Source: Octopus bimaculoides (taxonomy: Eukaryota). Taken from it: a stretch of DNA of 40,380 nucleotides. The notes beneath the pieces were generated by a model. It was not told the DNA's origin, ran no database searches, and worked only from the letters and a program-made list of their open reading frames with translations. Below, piece after piece: positions 1 through 12,174 of the stretch (position 1 is its first letter; the number at the start of each line of letters is the position of its first letter). The translations under genes were made by a program, and so were the position numbers. Location: the NCBI RefSeq assembly GCF_001194135.2, contig NC_068982.1, forward strand, positions 6,411,949-6,452,328. Direction: 5' to 3'.

Positions 1-339
1 GAAGCCAGTATGCTCCGCTGGATGTGTAATGTAAATGTGCATACCCGTCAGAGTGTAAGTATCTTGAGAGAAAAGCTGAACATAAGAAGCATCAGTAGTG
101 GTGTGCAAGAGAGACGATTGCGCTGGTTTGGACATGTGGTGAGAATGAATGAGGATAGCTGCGTGAAAAAGTGCCACTCCCTAACAGTTGAGGGAACCTG
201 TGGAAGAGGTAGGCCCAGGAAGACCTGGGCTGAGGTGGTGAGGCAAGACCTTCGAACATTGGGCCTCACTGAGGCGATGACTGCTGACCGACACCTTTGG
301 AAATGTGCTGTGCGTGAGAGGACTTGGCAAGCCAAGTGA
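1..339 (+). pseudogene. C-terminal fragment of RTE-clade LINE ORF2 (post-RT region); may continue upstream of the window
   Basis: Frame reads EASMLRWMC...RRLRWFGHVVRM...GRGRPRKTW...DR.LW...QAK*, the typical RTE/BovB-like C-terminal motifs LRWFGHV and RGRPRKTW. Confidence 0.85.
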
Positions 340-728
340 GATCGTTGCCAGAGCCCCTGGACTGGCTCTTGTGCAGGTGGCACATAAGATGTACCATCCT
401 GAGCGTGACCGTTGCCAGTACCGCCTGACTGGCCTTGTAGGGTTTTCGAGCGAGATCGTTGCCAGTGTCCCTGGACTGGCTCTTGTGCGGGTGGCACATA
501 AAAGACACCATTTCGAGCGTGGCCGTTTTTGTGCGGGTGACACGTAAAAGCACCCACTACACTCTCTGAGCGGTTGGCGTTAGGAAGGGCATCCAGCTGT
601 AGAAACTCTGCCAAATTAGATTGGAGCCTGGTGTAGCCATCCGGTTGCACCAGTCCTCAGTCAAATCGTCCAACCCATGCTAGCATGGAAAGCGGACGTT
701 AATCGATGATGATGATGATGATGATGAT
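340..728 (+). mobile_element. RTE LINE 3'UTR with ~62-bp repeats, conserved tail and (GAT)n end (family R, copy 1)
   Basis: Follows the ORF2 stop directly. Tail GTTGGCGTTAGGAAGGGCATCCAGCTGTAGAAA...CCATGCTAGCATGG...(GAT)n recurs throughout the window. Confidence 0.85.
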
Positions 729-1200
729 ATATATATATAATTGCTTTTCATATATAATTATATTTTCTGGAATCATTTATATTGATTTCCTTGTTATTGC
801 TATTTAAATTGCCATAATGATAATTTTAAGTTAATTTCCTGAAGTAATTAAAAGATAAATATTGCTTTTATTGCAGTACTGAAGCTTATCACAACATGTG
901 TGATAAATCCCTGTTTCAAGATTTAAATAATGAATAGATCATTAAACAGCTAAAGGCAAATCTAAGTTCTGTACCTAAAACATTTAGAATAAACAAGTAA
1001 ACAGAAATAAAAATTTGAAAAACTTGGGGATTGATGCGAACCAAACCCATCTCTGTGAATCTATGTATTCTTTCTTATCAAGCACTTGTTTTTTTTTTCA
1101 TGACATAATTAATATCTTATTTTTCCTTCAGTCTTTCTTTTCATTTTCTATTTAATAATGCACTGGATAATAAATAATAAAAACAATAACTATTTTGAAA

Positions 1201-1510
1201 TTGCAACACGAAAGAGATAAGTTAGCCATTCAGAAACACACAAAGTGCATCAACTTTACTTAAACATTTATTTATAATATGGTGTTGAAATTTTCATTGC
1301 TTGAGTATTGCTGCACGAAAAAAATTTTCATCAATGAAGCTGGTTGCAGCTTTGAGCAATGAAAATTTTGACACCATATTACAGATAAATAGTTTAAGTG
1401 AAGCTAACGGTCTTTGCATGTTTCTGAATGGCTAACTTAGGTCTTTCATGCTGCAATCACTTTAATTTTAGCACATGATCTCAGATCAAAACACTTGCTA
1501 TACAAGTACA
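1201..1510. mobile_element. Foldback/MITE-like inverted repeat
   Basis: Imperfect ~110-bp arms at 1201-1312 and ~1345-1456. Positions 1470-1489 are the exact reverse complement of 38735-38754. Confidence 0.6.
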
Positions 1511-2398
1511 TATCTATAAAATCTTTTTTTATTGTCTGTTTTATCAAAACTTAAGCAAATGGGTACAACATATGACCTGGCTTTAGAATATAGATTTTAA
1601 TTTATTTTCTCTCAAATACTGCTGTATACAAAATTACTAACAAAAATTATAAATGCTTTTGTGGCAAATTGTAAAGTAATATTATTAACAGCCTCCCTAT
1701 CTATATATGTATCAACCTACCAACTTATTGTAATATGATTTTTAACTTTGGTACAAACCACACAATTTAGGAGACGTGTAGAGTAACCTAATCATTCCCA
1801 GAACATGACTCATTATAATTTTGACTCTTGAATGTGAGGCAAAGTTGTGCACCAGCAGGATTTGAACTCGAAATGTAAAAGGTATAGTTAAATGTTTTAA
1901 ATCACTCTGTCCTTTGCTCAACTGATTCTATTGTTCACTGAACTCTGCCAACAAGCAGACAGAAATTACAGAAACAAGTTGGATGTTACATATTAAAGTA
2001 AAAGATATCACTGCATGCTGAACTTTAATCAAGGTAATTCTGCTAATTAAAAATCATGCAATATAATTCCTAAACAAGTGTCCTAGTGGCATAAATTAGA
2101 AACAAGGATAATGGTCTCTCACAATAGCACTAGAGATGTTTTGTTTGTGAATTCTAAATTTGTTAAATAACTTGTTTAAAAAGTCAGTTGGAGATTGAAG
2201 TTTCTTTTTTATCAGACAAGTCAATGTGATTTCAATGAATTTCATGCTAAAGGCTCTTCTTTCACAGTCAACAATTTGCAAATTTTATTCTAATTATGCT
2301 TCACAATTATAAAACTAAATGTAAAATTTCCATTCATCTTCCAGTAGACTCTTGTTATTACAAATGTATTCAATGCTCATATAAATAAGAGCAATATA

Positions 2399-2626
2399 TT
2401 GGGTTGTCCAGAAAGTTCATGCCGATTTATAGTAGCTTACCTTTTGACTTATTTGCCATGAAACCACCTCAATTCTGGGAAGAGGGTATTTCCAAGTTAA
2501 AGGAAAGATGGAGACGCATTGTGCAACAAAATGGTTCATATTTGATTGATTAAAAATGTAATGGCAAGTATTTATTGACCTTTTTCTTTCCTTTAAAAAT
2601 TGGTACAAACTTTCTAGACAACCCAA
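2399..2626 (+). mobile_element. Internally deleted mariner element (MITE)
   Basis: 30-bp TIRs TTGGGTTGTC(C/T)AGAAAGTT... with 5 mismatches, flanked by TA at 2397-2398 and 2627-2628. Positions 2452-2553 encode FAMKPPQFWEEGISKLKERWRRIVQQNGSYLID*, like a mariner transposase C-terminus. Confidence 0.85.
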
Positions 2627-2872
2627 TACAATAACATTTTTCTAAATGATACCATTGTTACAGATAATGGGATCATTGACATTGGTGGCTGGGTTGTTGG
2701 TTGGCACCATACAAAAATGGAAATAGAAGGAAGCAACAAAAAGGCAGCGAGGACCTATTGGCTACTTTGGCAACCATAGGTTTGGCAACATCTAATATTG
2801 GCTTCGAATTTTGGTACAATACCAGCTGGCTTCAGATGAGGGGTTAAGTCAATTACAATGATTCCAATGTTC

Positions 2873-2938
2873 AGCTGAACCCGGAACCATGTAGTTGGTA
2901 AGCAAGCTACTTACCACAACGCCACTCCTGTGCCTATA
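2873..2938 (-). mobile_element. SINE family B head fragment
   Basis: Reverse complement matches the AGGCACAGGAGTGG...GTGGTAAGTAGCTTGC...GGTTCAG head of other B copies. Confidence 0.6.
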
Positions 2939-4124
2939 TGGAATTTTATGTTTATCATGTCAAAAACAATGAAATTGAAGATCAAAGTAAATCTTCAAAT
3001 GCTTACTAGAATTAACTTTGAATCTTTTCCATCCTCTTTGGTGAACAAGCCAAGTCAACGAACAGCAATATACCTTTAAATTTAATTACTCCTTCAAATG
3101 ATTCCCATTGACATTTCTTTGATGTTGAGACAATTATGAGAACTACTGAGGAAGTCAATCACTATTTATATTGATTTAAATTGCTTCATTATCAAATGCT
3201 CAATATTCATTAGACAGAAATTCTATCTTAAAATTTCTAAACAGAAATTCTGCATAACAAGTTACATCTTTTAATACTGCTAAAAATAGAATTTGATTTT
3301 ATGGAATTTTTCTTTAATGTTTCTAAAAATAGAATAAAATTTGATTTTATGAAATTATTCTGTCCTTTTCTATATATTTGAAGCATTCTTGGAAATTACT
3401 CAGCATTCAGCCTGCTTCAAATGATCCATGCAGTTTATGTGCTTGACATTTTGGTTTATATTATCCAAACTATTGAAGAAAGTAAATAACAAAAATTTTC
3501 CTGCTTATTTAGATTTCAGATTTTATCTAGCATTTTAAAAATAAATACTTCTTTTGTGTAATAAACTCTTGAAATAAAAGATATCAGTTTTTAAAAAATT
3601 TTTGTACATTTAGGATAATTTTGTTGAAAGAAATCTTATAAGCTCTGAAGAAACATTTTATTTCAGGTTTTTATTTATTTATTTTTTTTTTTTTTGTATA
3701 AAATAATTTCTAGTAGTTAAGAAAACTTATTCATAACAATTCAGAGAAAACTACGTCTTAAACTTTTAAAATGTTTCACTAAGAAATCTACTCTTGGCAC
3801 CTACAAATATTTTGCCATTACATTGTTTACTTCTGATAGCAAAGAATTACTTCACTTGTTATTCTTAATTATGATAAATTGTTGGCCTGCTGCTAAACAG
3901 TACGTGATTAGTTTTGCTATAGAGTTTAGGGTAGGGCTCAGCACATCAAAATGAAGATAGGATCAATTTATATTTGAAACTTTTATACAAAGACTATAAA
4001 ATATTCTATATTGAAATATAAGATATATTCAGAATGAACGCATGTAAAGTTTTAAAGTTGTTTAGTCTATGTATTCTATCCTGGCATAGGCAGGATGCTA
4101 TTTTCATATGACATGATTGTACGA

Positions 4125-4339
4125 ATCATCATCATCATCATCATCATCATCGTTTAACGTCCGCTTTCCATGCTAGCATGGGTTGGACGATTTGACTGAG
4201 GACTGGTGAAACCAGATGGCTACACCAGGCTCCAATCTGATTTGGCAGAGTTTCTACAGCTGGATGCCCTTCCTAATGCCAACCACTCCGAGAGTGTAGT
4301 GTATGCTTTTACATGCCACCGGCACGAAGGTCAGTCAGG
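4125..4339 (-). mobile_element. RTE 3' end (family R)
   Basis: (CAT)n followed by the reverse complement of the conserved tail. Confidence 0.85.
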
Positions 4340-4559
4340 TTAAAAATGCCAAAATCCTGGTGGAGTTACAAAACAACTTAAGTGATTGTGCATCAATTAA
4401 CTTACATTTAATGCGGAAAATACGATACAGAGCAACAGAGTATAAATATATGTTAGCAGTAAAAAAAATGTTAAAACCCAGATTATTATTTGCATCCATA
4501 TACTTGTTTAAAATCCTTTGTCTTAAAACTCTATTTCCTTGTATCAATGTCTACAAGTA

Positions 4560-5060
4560 GACTTCCAGTTGGTCTGACTTGAGAACCTTACTTTCAAAAC
4601 TGGTAAACGTTTCATATTTGGCCGATTTCATGATAACCATTAAAACACAATCTGCAAGCTGCTGGCTTCACGCACCTGAAATGTTTTTCAGTCAAACTGG
4701 GAGAGATGCCATATGGAGAGTGGGCGAATCTTAGTCTTCCAATCAAAATCAGATATATTCAAGTTATTGTTTTCAACAGAAGTCATTCCGATGCATATAT
4801 CTGGTTTTGAAAGTAAGCTCTTCACTTAATGTTTCTGTTCCATATTTATTCTAAGTCCATGAGATGTCTCTATTACTTCCACAAATCCTCCAGGAGCCTG
4901 CAGTTTCTTGGATACCTCTTGTACATGTATCACAACTCACCACTATCCACTCTCCACTGATTTTCTTGGCTTTTAACTTCCTTCCACGTCAACATCACAA
5001 GTGCGGAGGTCAAGTTGTTTGCCATTCTGAACTGTCTGCACCAGTTAGTCTCTTATCATA
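4560..5060 (-). pseudogene. Highly decayed coding-like segment, weakly piggyBac (PGBD-like) C-terminal
   Basis: Frameshifted peptides YDKRLTGAD, AKKISGEWIVV, KYGTE and SLTEKHF...KPAACRLC loosely recall YNK.M.GVD / W.KKL / RLTERHF..C..C. Many stops. Confidence 0.3.
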
Positions 5061-5210
5061 TCATTTTATTTTCATTTTATCTAGTTTCAGCTCATGAGCT
5101 GTGGCCATGCTGGGGCACCACCATATATGTACATGACCAATGTACCAAATCTTCAGACACTCTTCATCACATTCTCTCTCTCTCTCTCTACACACACAAA
5201 GCATACTTAT

Positions 5211-5351
5211 AGGTGCTGGTGTGGCTGTGTGGTAAGAAGCTTGCTTACAAATAACATGGCAAGTACCTTCTACTATAACCTCAGGCCGATTAAAGCCTTG
5301 TAAGTGGATCTGGTAAATGGAAACTGAAAGAAGCCCATCATATATATATAT

Positions 5352-5417
<66 letters not shown>
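5211..5417 (+). mobile_element. SINE family B 5' half ending in (TA)(TG)n at the gap
   Basis: tRNA-like head, then GAAACTGAAAGAAGCCC and the internal microsatellite. Confidence 0.75.
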
Positions 5418-5988
5418 NNNNNNNNNNNNNNNNNNNNNNNNNNNNNNNNNNNNNNNNNNNNNNNNNNNNNNNNNNNNNNNNNNNNNNNNNNNNNNNNNNN
5501 NNNNNNNNNNNNNNNNNNNNNNNNNNNNNNNNNNNNNNNNNNNNNNNNNNNNNNNNNNNNNNNNNNNNNNNNNNNNNNNNNNNNNNNNNNNNNNNNNNNN
5601 NNNNNNNNNNNNNNNNNNNNNNNNNNNNNNNNNNNNNNNNNNNNNNNNNNNNNNNNNNNNNNNNNNNNNNNNNNNNNNNNNNNNNNNNNNNNNNNNNNNN
5701 NNNNNNNNNNNNNNNNNNNNNNNNNNNNNNNNNNNNNNNNNNNNNNNNNNNNNNNNNNNNNNNNNNNNNNNNNNNNNNNNNNNNNNNNNNNNNNNNNNNN
5801 NNNNNNNNNNNNNNNNNNNNNNNNNNNNNNNNNNNNNNNNNNNNNNNNNNNNNNNNNNNNNNNNNNNNNNNNNNNNNNNNNNNNNNNNNNNNNNNNNNNN
5901 NNNNNNNNNNNNNNNNNNNNNNNNNNNNNNNNNNNNNNNNNNNNNNNNNNNNNNNNNNNNNNNNNNNNNNNNNNNNNNNNNNNNNNNN
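5418..5988. other. Assembly gap (N). Other gaps: 16497-16659, 19766-19775, 21449-21768, 36068-36201
   Basis: N runs, each with dinucleotide microsatellite on at least one side. Confidence 0.99.
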
Positions 5989-6024
<36 letters not shown>

Positions 6025-6191
6025 ATACGATGGGCTTCTTTCAGTTTCCGTCTACCAAATCCACTCACAAGGCTTTGGTCGGCCTGAGGCTATAGTAGAA
6101 GACACTTGCCCACGGTGCCACACAGTGGGACTGAACCCGGAACCATGCGGTTCACAAGCAGGCTACTTACCACACAGCCACTCCTACGCCT
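5989..6191 (-). mobile_element. SINE family B 5' half
   Basis: Reverse-complement head with CORE-like GGCACCGTGGGCAAGTGTCTTCTAC. Confidence 0.8.
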
Positions 6192-6633
6192 ACTGTTCTC
6201 AATGACAGTTTTGATATTGGATTGTCTGACCACTGCCTAATCAAGAAAACCACGTTAAGTTCTTTGCACAAACCTCCTCGACTTCAGACTCCTCCATCAT
6301 CAACCCAGCTTTTCCACCTCTTCCATGATTCCCTCAACAACTGATAGACTTCACTCCTTATTCATCCAAAACAGTTGTTACTAATAACTCTAATAATACT
6401 AATAAGCTGAGACTAATAACTTCGCCCTCGACCCCTATGCAATAAAATTTACCACTCTCAAGTAATCAAGCTGTTAGCTCACCACTATTCTGTGACAGAA
6501 CAGTTGAAGAATATATTATACAATACACAGAGAAAGTCGCCATCATGAACGATTGGCAGTGGCTCAAACCCCAAAAAACAAAAAGCTTCTGCGTGGTCAC
6601 ATGACTTGCTAAAAAACTTACAAGGTCTCTTTA

Positions 6634-6845
6634 TCATCATCGTCATTGTAATCATCATCCTCATCATCATTTATCGTCCATTTTCCTTGATGGCATGGGT
6701 TAAACAGCTTGAAAGAAGCTGGCCCACTGGAGACATGCACTAGGATCTATCTATCTATTTTGGCAGGGGTTCTATGGTTGGATGCCCTTCCTAATGCCAA
6801 CCACTTTACAGAGTGGATTGTGTGCTTTTTTACATGGCACCAGCA
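6634..6845 (-). mobile_element. Degenerate RTE 3' end, adjoining an 18-bp minisatellite (6836-6895)
   Basis: GGATGCCCTTCCTAATGCCAACCAC motif and a CAT-rich tail; G(G/A)CACCAG(C/G)A(C/T)TGGATGT x3.3. Confidence 0.65.
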
Positions 6846-7600
6846 CTGGATGTGACACCAGGATTGGATGTGGCACCAGCACTGGATGTGACACCTCTCT
6901 CACACAAAGTATGAACCACTATTGTGTAAAGAGCAAGATTGTTTGGACAATGCAAATTAGCTGAATCATTAAAACAGCAGAGAGAATTTTTCACAGTGTT
7001 TGGTCTGAGTTTCTGTTCTCTGAATCCAGATCCAGGCAATCATTTTTGCCTTTCATTCTTTTGTGGTCAGTAAAAGTTGTAATGCACTGGCAAAATCAGA
7101 ACAGCAGGTGAGATGCATTGAAGTATTCTTTTGACCTCCTTATATTTTGATGGTAAAGCTTTCTAGGGCTTTAGAAGCAAGTTATATATGGCCTATAGTC
7201 TCTGACATACAAACACAGGGGGTTAGGGTAGCATACTCTATCTGACCCGTAGTCTTCAACTGACTGAAAGTGGAATGGTCTTAGCTGGGACACCATTAAT
7301 TATATGTTTGCTTAATCAGGGCTAAACAACTACTAAAATAGTTCATGTCATTCATTCATTGTATCATCAAGAGAAAAACAATACACTTTTGTGCATTCTA
7401 CAACCTGCAAGCTCTTTCAAATTTCATACTACTGTGGGGCCTTCTGGTTCCAAAAGAGATGTAACCATTAAAGTCTCAGTTAATGTTCATTCTCCAATGC
7501 TTCTGTTCCTGATAACGATTACCCTTTATGTAGAGTCTGTAAATAAAACTATTACATTTGCCTCAATTTACCTTTCATTAGTACATGCACACATACACAC

Positions 7601-7640
<40 letters not shown>

Positions 7641-7658
7641 ACGCAGATGTGCATATCA

Positions 7659-8042
<384 letters not shown>

Positions 8043-8115
8043 TTAAAACTCAGTTGTTCATTTCTGCATCTAAGAATTCTTGTCAAATCAATAAATAAAA
8101 TGGACACTAAGCGAC

Positions 8116-8165
<50 letters not shown>
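8116..8165 (+). repeat. (GAT)n microsatellite
   Basis: Direct reading. Confidence 0.95.
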
Positions 8166-8173
8166 CAGCAATG

Positions 8174-8340
8174 GAATGGCAGAATCATGAGCATGCTGGA
8201 CAAAACTCATTGCAGCATTTTGTCCATCTTCAGGTTCTGAGTTCTAATTCTGCTGAGGTTGACTTTACTTTTCGTCCTTTTGGGGTCAATAAAATAAGTA
8301 CCAGTCTTATACTGGGGCTGGTGTAATCAACTTACCTCTC
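8174..8340 (+). mobile_element. SINE family A, diverged
   Basis: GAGTTCTAATTC B-box-like motif and GGGGTCAATAAAATAAGTACCAG central motif. Confidence 0.65.
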
Positions 8341-8897
8341 CTCTGAGCTTACTAGCCTTTTCTTTTATTCAGCGTGGTTTGTTAATATACTTGAAATAAC
8401 AGCTAAATCACTGAAAAATAATTTCTTTCCAACATATCAATTGTTTAAGCCAACCTCGTTCTCCAGGATGCTGGAATAGTCAGAGTGGACTAGCATGAAA
8501 AATTGCAGATGCAGGAATGACGCTGCTGCTTATTAATTGAACCTGGAAAAGTACAGGATAAGAAGTGAAAACCTATAAATACTGCAGCTAATGTTGGAAA
8601 GGAATTGTTTTTTAAAAGCATATCCTCTCTTTAGATTCCAACTCTTTTGTGAAGAAAATTCAATATGAAGCTTCTAATGTTTACTCCCTATGAAGTAAAA
8701 TATGGTGGATGATGGGGGTTGAAGCACACAGATATAATTGAAATGTAGCCTGTCTTTCAAATTTTAAAAAGTGTTCAGCTACTTTCCATATTTTTTTTCT
8801 ACAGAATATGAACGCTTCAAGTGGAGGAAGAATAATTAGAGTGCACTTGCAAGGAGTGGTTAACACTTCTTTTTGTTTCAATAATCAATAAAATACA

Positions 8898-9396
8898 GCT
8901 GTGATTGGGAAGACTCAACAACCAAAGTGAGATCGCAGTCATGGCCAATGGCAGTGCTGCATGTCCGGCCCATTTAAGAGTAGCCTTGATGCGTCAGGCG
9001 ATATGATATGCTTGGAAAGAACTGTTTAGTCAAGTAAAACCAAAACCAAAATCACTGTGGTCAGTGCCCCCTGACTGGCTCCCGTACTGGTGGCACGTAA
9101 AAAGCACTATCTGAACATGATTGATGCCAGTGACTCTGACTGGCTCCCGTGCCAGTGGTATGTAAAAAGTATCATCCGAACGTGGCTGATGCCAGTGCAC
9201 CCTGACTGGCACCATCCAAATGCGGTCGATGCCAGGTCTTCCTGACTGGCTCCCGTGCCAGCACTGGTATCGACCATGCTCAAATGGTGCTTTATATGTG
9301 CCACTGGCATGGAAGCCAGTTAAGCTGCACTGGCATTGACCATGCTCAAATGGTGCTTTTTACATATCACTTGCATGGGAGTCAGTCAGGCAGCAC
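8898..9396. mobile_element. RTE ORF2 end + 3'UTR repeat array (+) joined at ~9260 to an inverted array (-)
   Basis: AVIGKTQQPK* remnant at 8898-8930, then ~62-bp units on +, switching to reverse-complement units. Confidence 0.7.
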
Positions 9397-9625
9397 GTTC
9401 TTAAAAATTAAGGGCACATTGCATACTGTGGTCTGATGCATTTTATATGGAGAAATAGGAGATGGCCATGGCTGAAAAATCTTTGATGAAATTCACCTCA
9501 ATTAGGTTTTACATCAACAGCAACAACACTTTCTGCTGGATGATACATTACTGATTGTAAATATTTACATTTAGCAAATGAATTAATGTCCAGTGACACA
9601 TCAGAGAGCAAGCAACAGAATATTA

Positions 9626-9838
9626 TTTTCTACTGTCGGCAGAAGGCCTGAAATTTTGGGGGAGAGGGCCAGTCGATTAGATCGACCCCAGTACGTAACT
9701 TGTACTTAATTTATTGACCCCAAAAGGATGAAAGGCAAAGTCGACTTTGGTTAAATTTGAACTCAGAATGTAAAGACAGACGGAATACTGCTAAGCATTT
9801 CACCCGGTGTGCTAACGTTTCTGGCAGCTCACCACCTT
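9626..9838 (-). mobile_element. SINE family A, full length, with 17-bp TSD
   Basis: TSD CAAGCAACAGAATATTA at 9609-9625 and 9839-9855. tRNA-like head. The central GCCTTTCATCCTTTTGGGGTCAATAAATTAAGTAC segment recalls the MetaSINE domain (from memory, unverified). Confidence 0.9.
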
Positions 9839-10247
9839 CAAGCAACAGAATATTAAAACATTGATGTTCTAGTTGGTTCTATTATTTTCTTTCAATGTCC
9901 TCACATCAAGGTTTTAAACATCATTACAAACAAGTCAATGATGAAGCCTCTAATCATACCATACCATGTTAGAAAAAGAATGGACACATTGGATAATGTA
10001 ATCATAGACGCCCCTAAGAAGACGAGAATGCCAAGCAAGAATGCAGTTATTCATTCCTGGTTGACCTAAAGCAGAACAACCACAACAACAATACTATGAA
10101 TAGGTTTAAGGGTGATGGGTTGGAAGACATGGAATGCACCCTACTCAACTTAGTTTTTTTTATTGCTATGATGACAACCAAAAGTATTTCTTCATTATAT
10201 ATAAATTTGGAAGTCAATGGAGAAGAGTGACAACTAGATGAAATACC

Positions 10248-10521
10248 GTTCCATATTCAAGAGATGAGGAATTATTTACATTATTTACAGTTGACGGATA
10301 TTTGTCTTCATCTTGTTTGTTGTTAACACAGCGTTCCGGCTGATATACCCTCCAGCCTTCTTCAGGTGTCTTTGGGGAAATTTAAAACCTGGGTTCTCAT
10401 CCCTAAGGTATTTTTTTGATGTTATTATTATTATTATTATTCAAGTCACTGCCTGGAATCGAACTCAGAATCTTGGTGTTAGTAGCCTGCACTCTTAACC
10501 GCTACGCCATATGCCCATGGG
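10248..10521 (-). mobile_element. Family H copy 2 (near full length)
   Basis: A-box TGGCGTAGCGG (10499-10509), B-box GTTCGATTC (10456-10464). Hammerhead at 10326-10370 has core changes (GGAA for GAAA; GCT for GTT). Confidence 0.85.
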
Positions 10522-10624
10522 TGTATGTGGTTAAGAGCGCGGGCTACTAACCCCAAGATTCTGAGTTTGATTCCAGGCAGTGACCTGAATAATAATAATA
10601 ATGATGATGATAATAATAATAATG

Positions 10625-10684
<60 letters not shown>

Positions 10685-10823
10685 TCGAAAAATACCTTAG
10701 GAAGGAGAATCCAGGTTCGAAATTTCCCCAAGACACCTGATGAAGGCTGGAGGGTATATCAGCCGAAACGTTGTGTTAACAACAAACAAGATGAGGACAA
10801 ATATCCGTCAAATGTAAATAATG
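10522..10823 (+). mobile_element. Family H copy 3, head-to-head with copy 2
   Basis: Head truncated by ~15 nt, then (AAT/GAT)n, an intact hammerhead and the tail. Confidence 0.85.
10733..10776 (+). ncRNA. Minimal type I hammerhead ribozyme (Penelope-like)
   Basis: ACAC-CTGATGA-A-GGCTG-gagggtatat-CAGCC-GAAA-CG-TT-GTGT. Stem I is ACAC/GTGT, the CUGAUGA and GAAA core is complete, stem II has 5 bp, stem III is the palindromic ACGT, and the GUU triplet lies at 10770-10772. Confidence 0.75.
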
Positions 10824-12174
10824 AACTAGGTGAAATTCCAAGCAATTTAAATGCAGATGTCTTCAATATGCAAGTAGCTAAAAAGTATTAGCAGAAGGAC
10901 ACCCAGGGGTCATGCCTTGGATGTGGTCCAGATGGGCCAAAATTCTTGCAAGAGTGGGGTTTCTTTTCTGAATACCTTCTGCTGTTCTTGAGAGTTTCTC
11001 AAGAGAGAGTTTCACTCATATATTTTGAGTCCCCCTTTACTTCTCCCGACCCCAAAACTACATGGAGAAGTACTCAATAATAATTTGAATCCACCACCAA
11101 ACATATAAACTTCTTTATAGTTCTCAGTCATGTCTACAAAGAGGTGGGGAATCAATATTACAAAGAGCTCTATCCATTACAAATAGTTTAAATCATAAAT
11201 TGTTATAAGCAGTTTAATTATAAATGGTTTATTCTTCATCTGTGTAACATTACTCTGCTTTTATGATGATACATAAACTTCATCCCTCAAGAGAAACAGG
11301 ATTTGGAATCATTTCAAACTTGAAGGAATATTTTTTTTTCTTTATTTAACTATTCATATTTCAAGTTTGTTTTCGCTCTTGAGACAGTTCTTGTAATTGA
11401 TAGCTCAAAACCATAAAAAAAAAAAATTTCATTTTCATTTCGCTCTTGTTAGCATGAAGTTTATGGAATTAAGATGCGAAAGAAAGAAATATAATGATCA
11501 AATATTATGTTATATGACTGCAAACTTGATGTATAATATAAAGGTAAAGGAAATTCTGGATAAGTTGCCAAAGGTTACTGCCTGGGCTAATGTTGTTTGT
11601 TAACTGAGTGGAAACAGATTTTTCAACATTATATATTATTTATTTTGTTACTTAATCTGATTAAAGATTGTTACTATTTTCCTAATGTTTCCATTGAAGC
11701 AAGTGCCATACAAAAGTTTTAAGAGAATATAAAGTGTAATAGATGAAATATTAATAGAACGGATTTCATAAGATTAGTTTGAAATCAAGATGTAGCATTA
11801 CTGTAAAGAAAGTTGTCTTAGGTATTAAAACAAACGTTCATGATGGTTGATTCAACAGATATTAAAAAAGGAAAAAATTGATCTTTTTATAAATATGTCC
11901 TACCTATAATCATTTTTGATTTTTCAGTGTTTTACTTTTCTATTCAAAGCACAACATAATTTAAGTCTGAACACCAAGAGACCTGGCATTTTAAGAATAT
12001 ACATTTGCATCTCCACTCCAGAATCAACAGGTGTCAACAAGAAATATTCTAAATGTGAGTGTAGTTTTTTTTCCATATTTTATGTATTTGCTTTAAATTG
12101 TTTTGTATCAAAAGACGCACATACGAATACATACATACATATATACATATGTATATATGTATGTATGTATATAT

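Noticed and set aside
48-650. 200-aa minus-strand ORF and similar ORFs over RTE 3'UTRs
   Set aside because: These are antisense or alternative frames of repeat sequence, and the same peptides recur in every copy.
2665-2790. Possible exon after a good acceptor (IMGSLTLVAGLLVGTIQKWK* or DNGIIDIGGW...)
   Set aside because: The frame is ambiguous and there is no recognisable homology or partner exon.
5061-6205. Long ORFs across N runs (also 16414-16795, 21322-21843, 35997-36305)
   Set aside because: They are artefacts of assembly gaps and flanking dinucleotide repeats.
7405-7536. Minus-strand exon-like segment with one in-frame TGA (possible selenocysteine)
   Set aside because: No SECIS or selenoprotein motif seen and the donor site is weak; chance is more likely.
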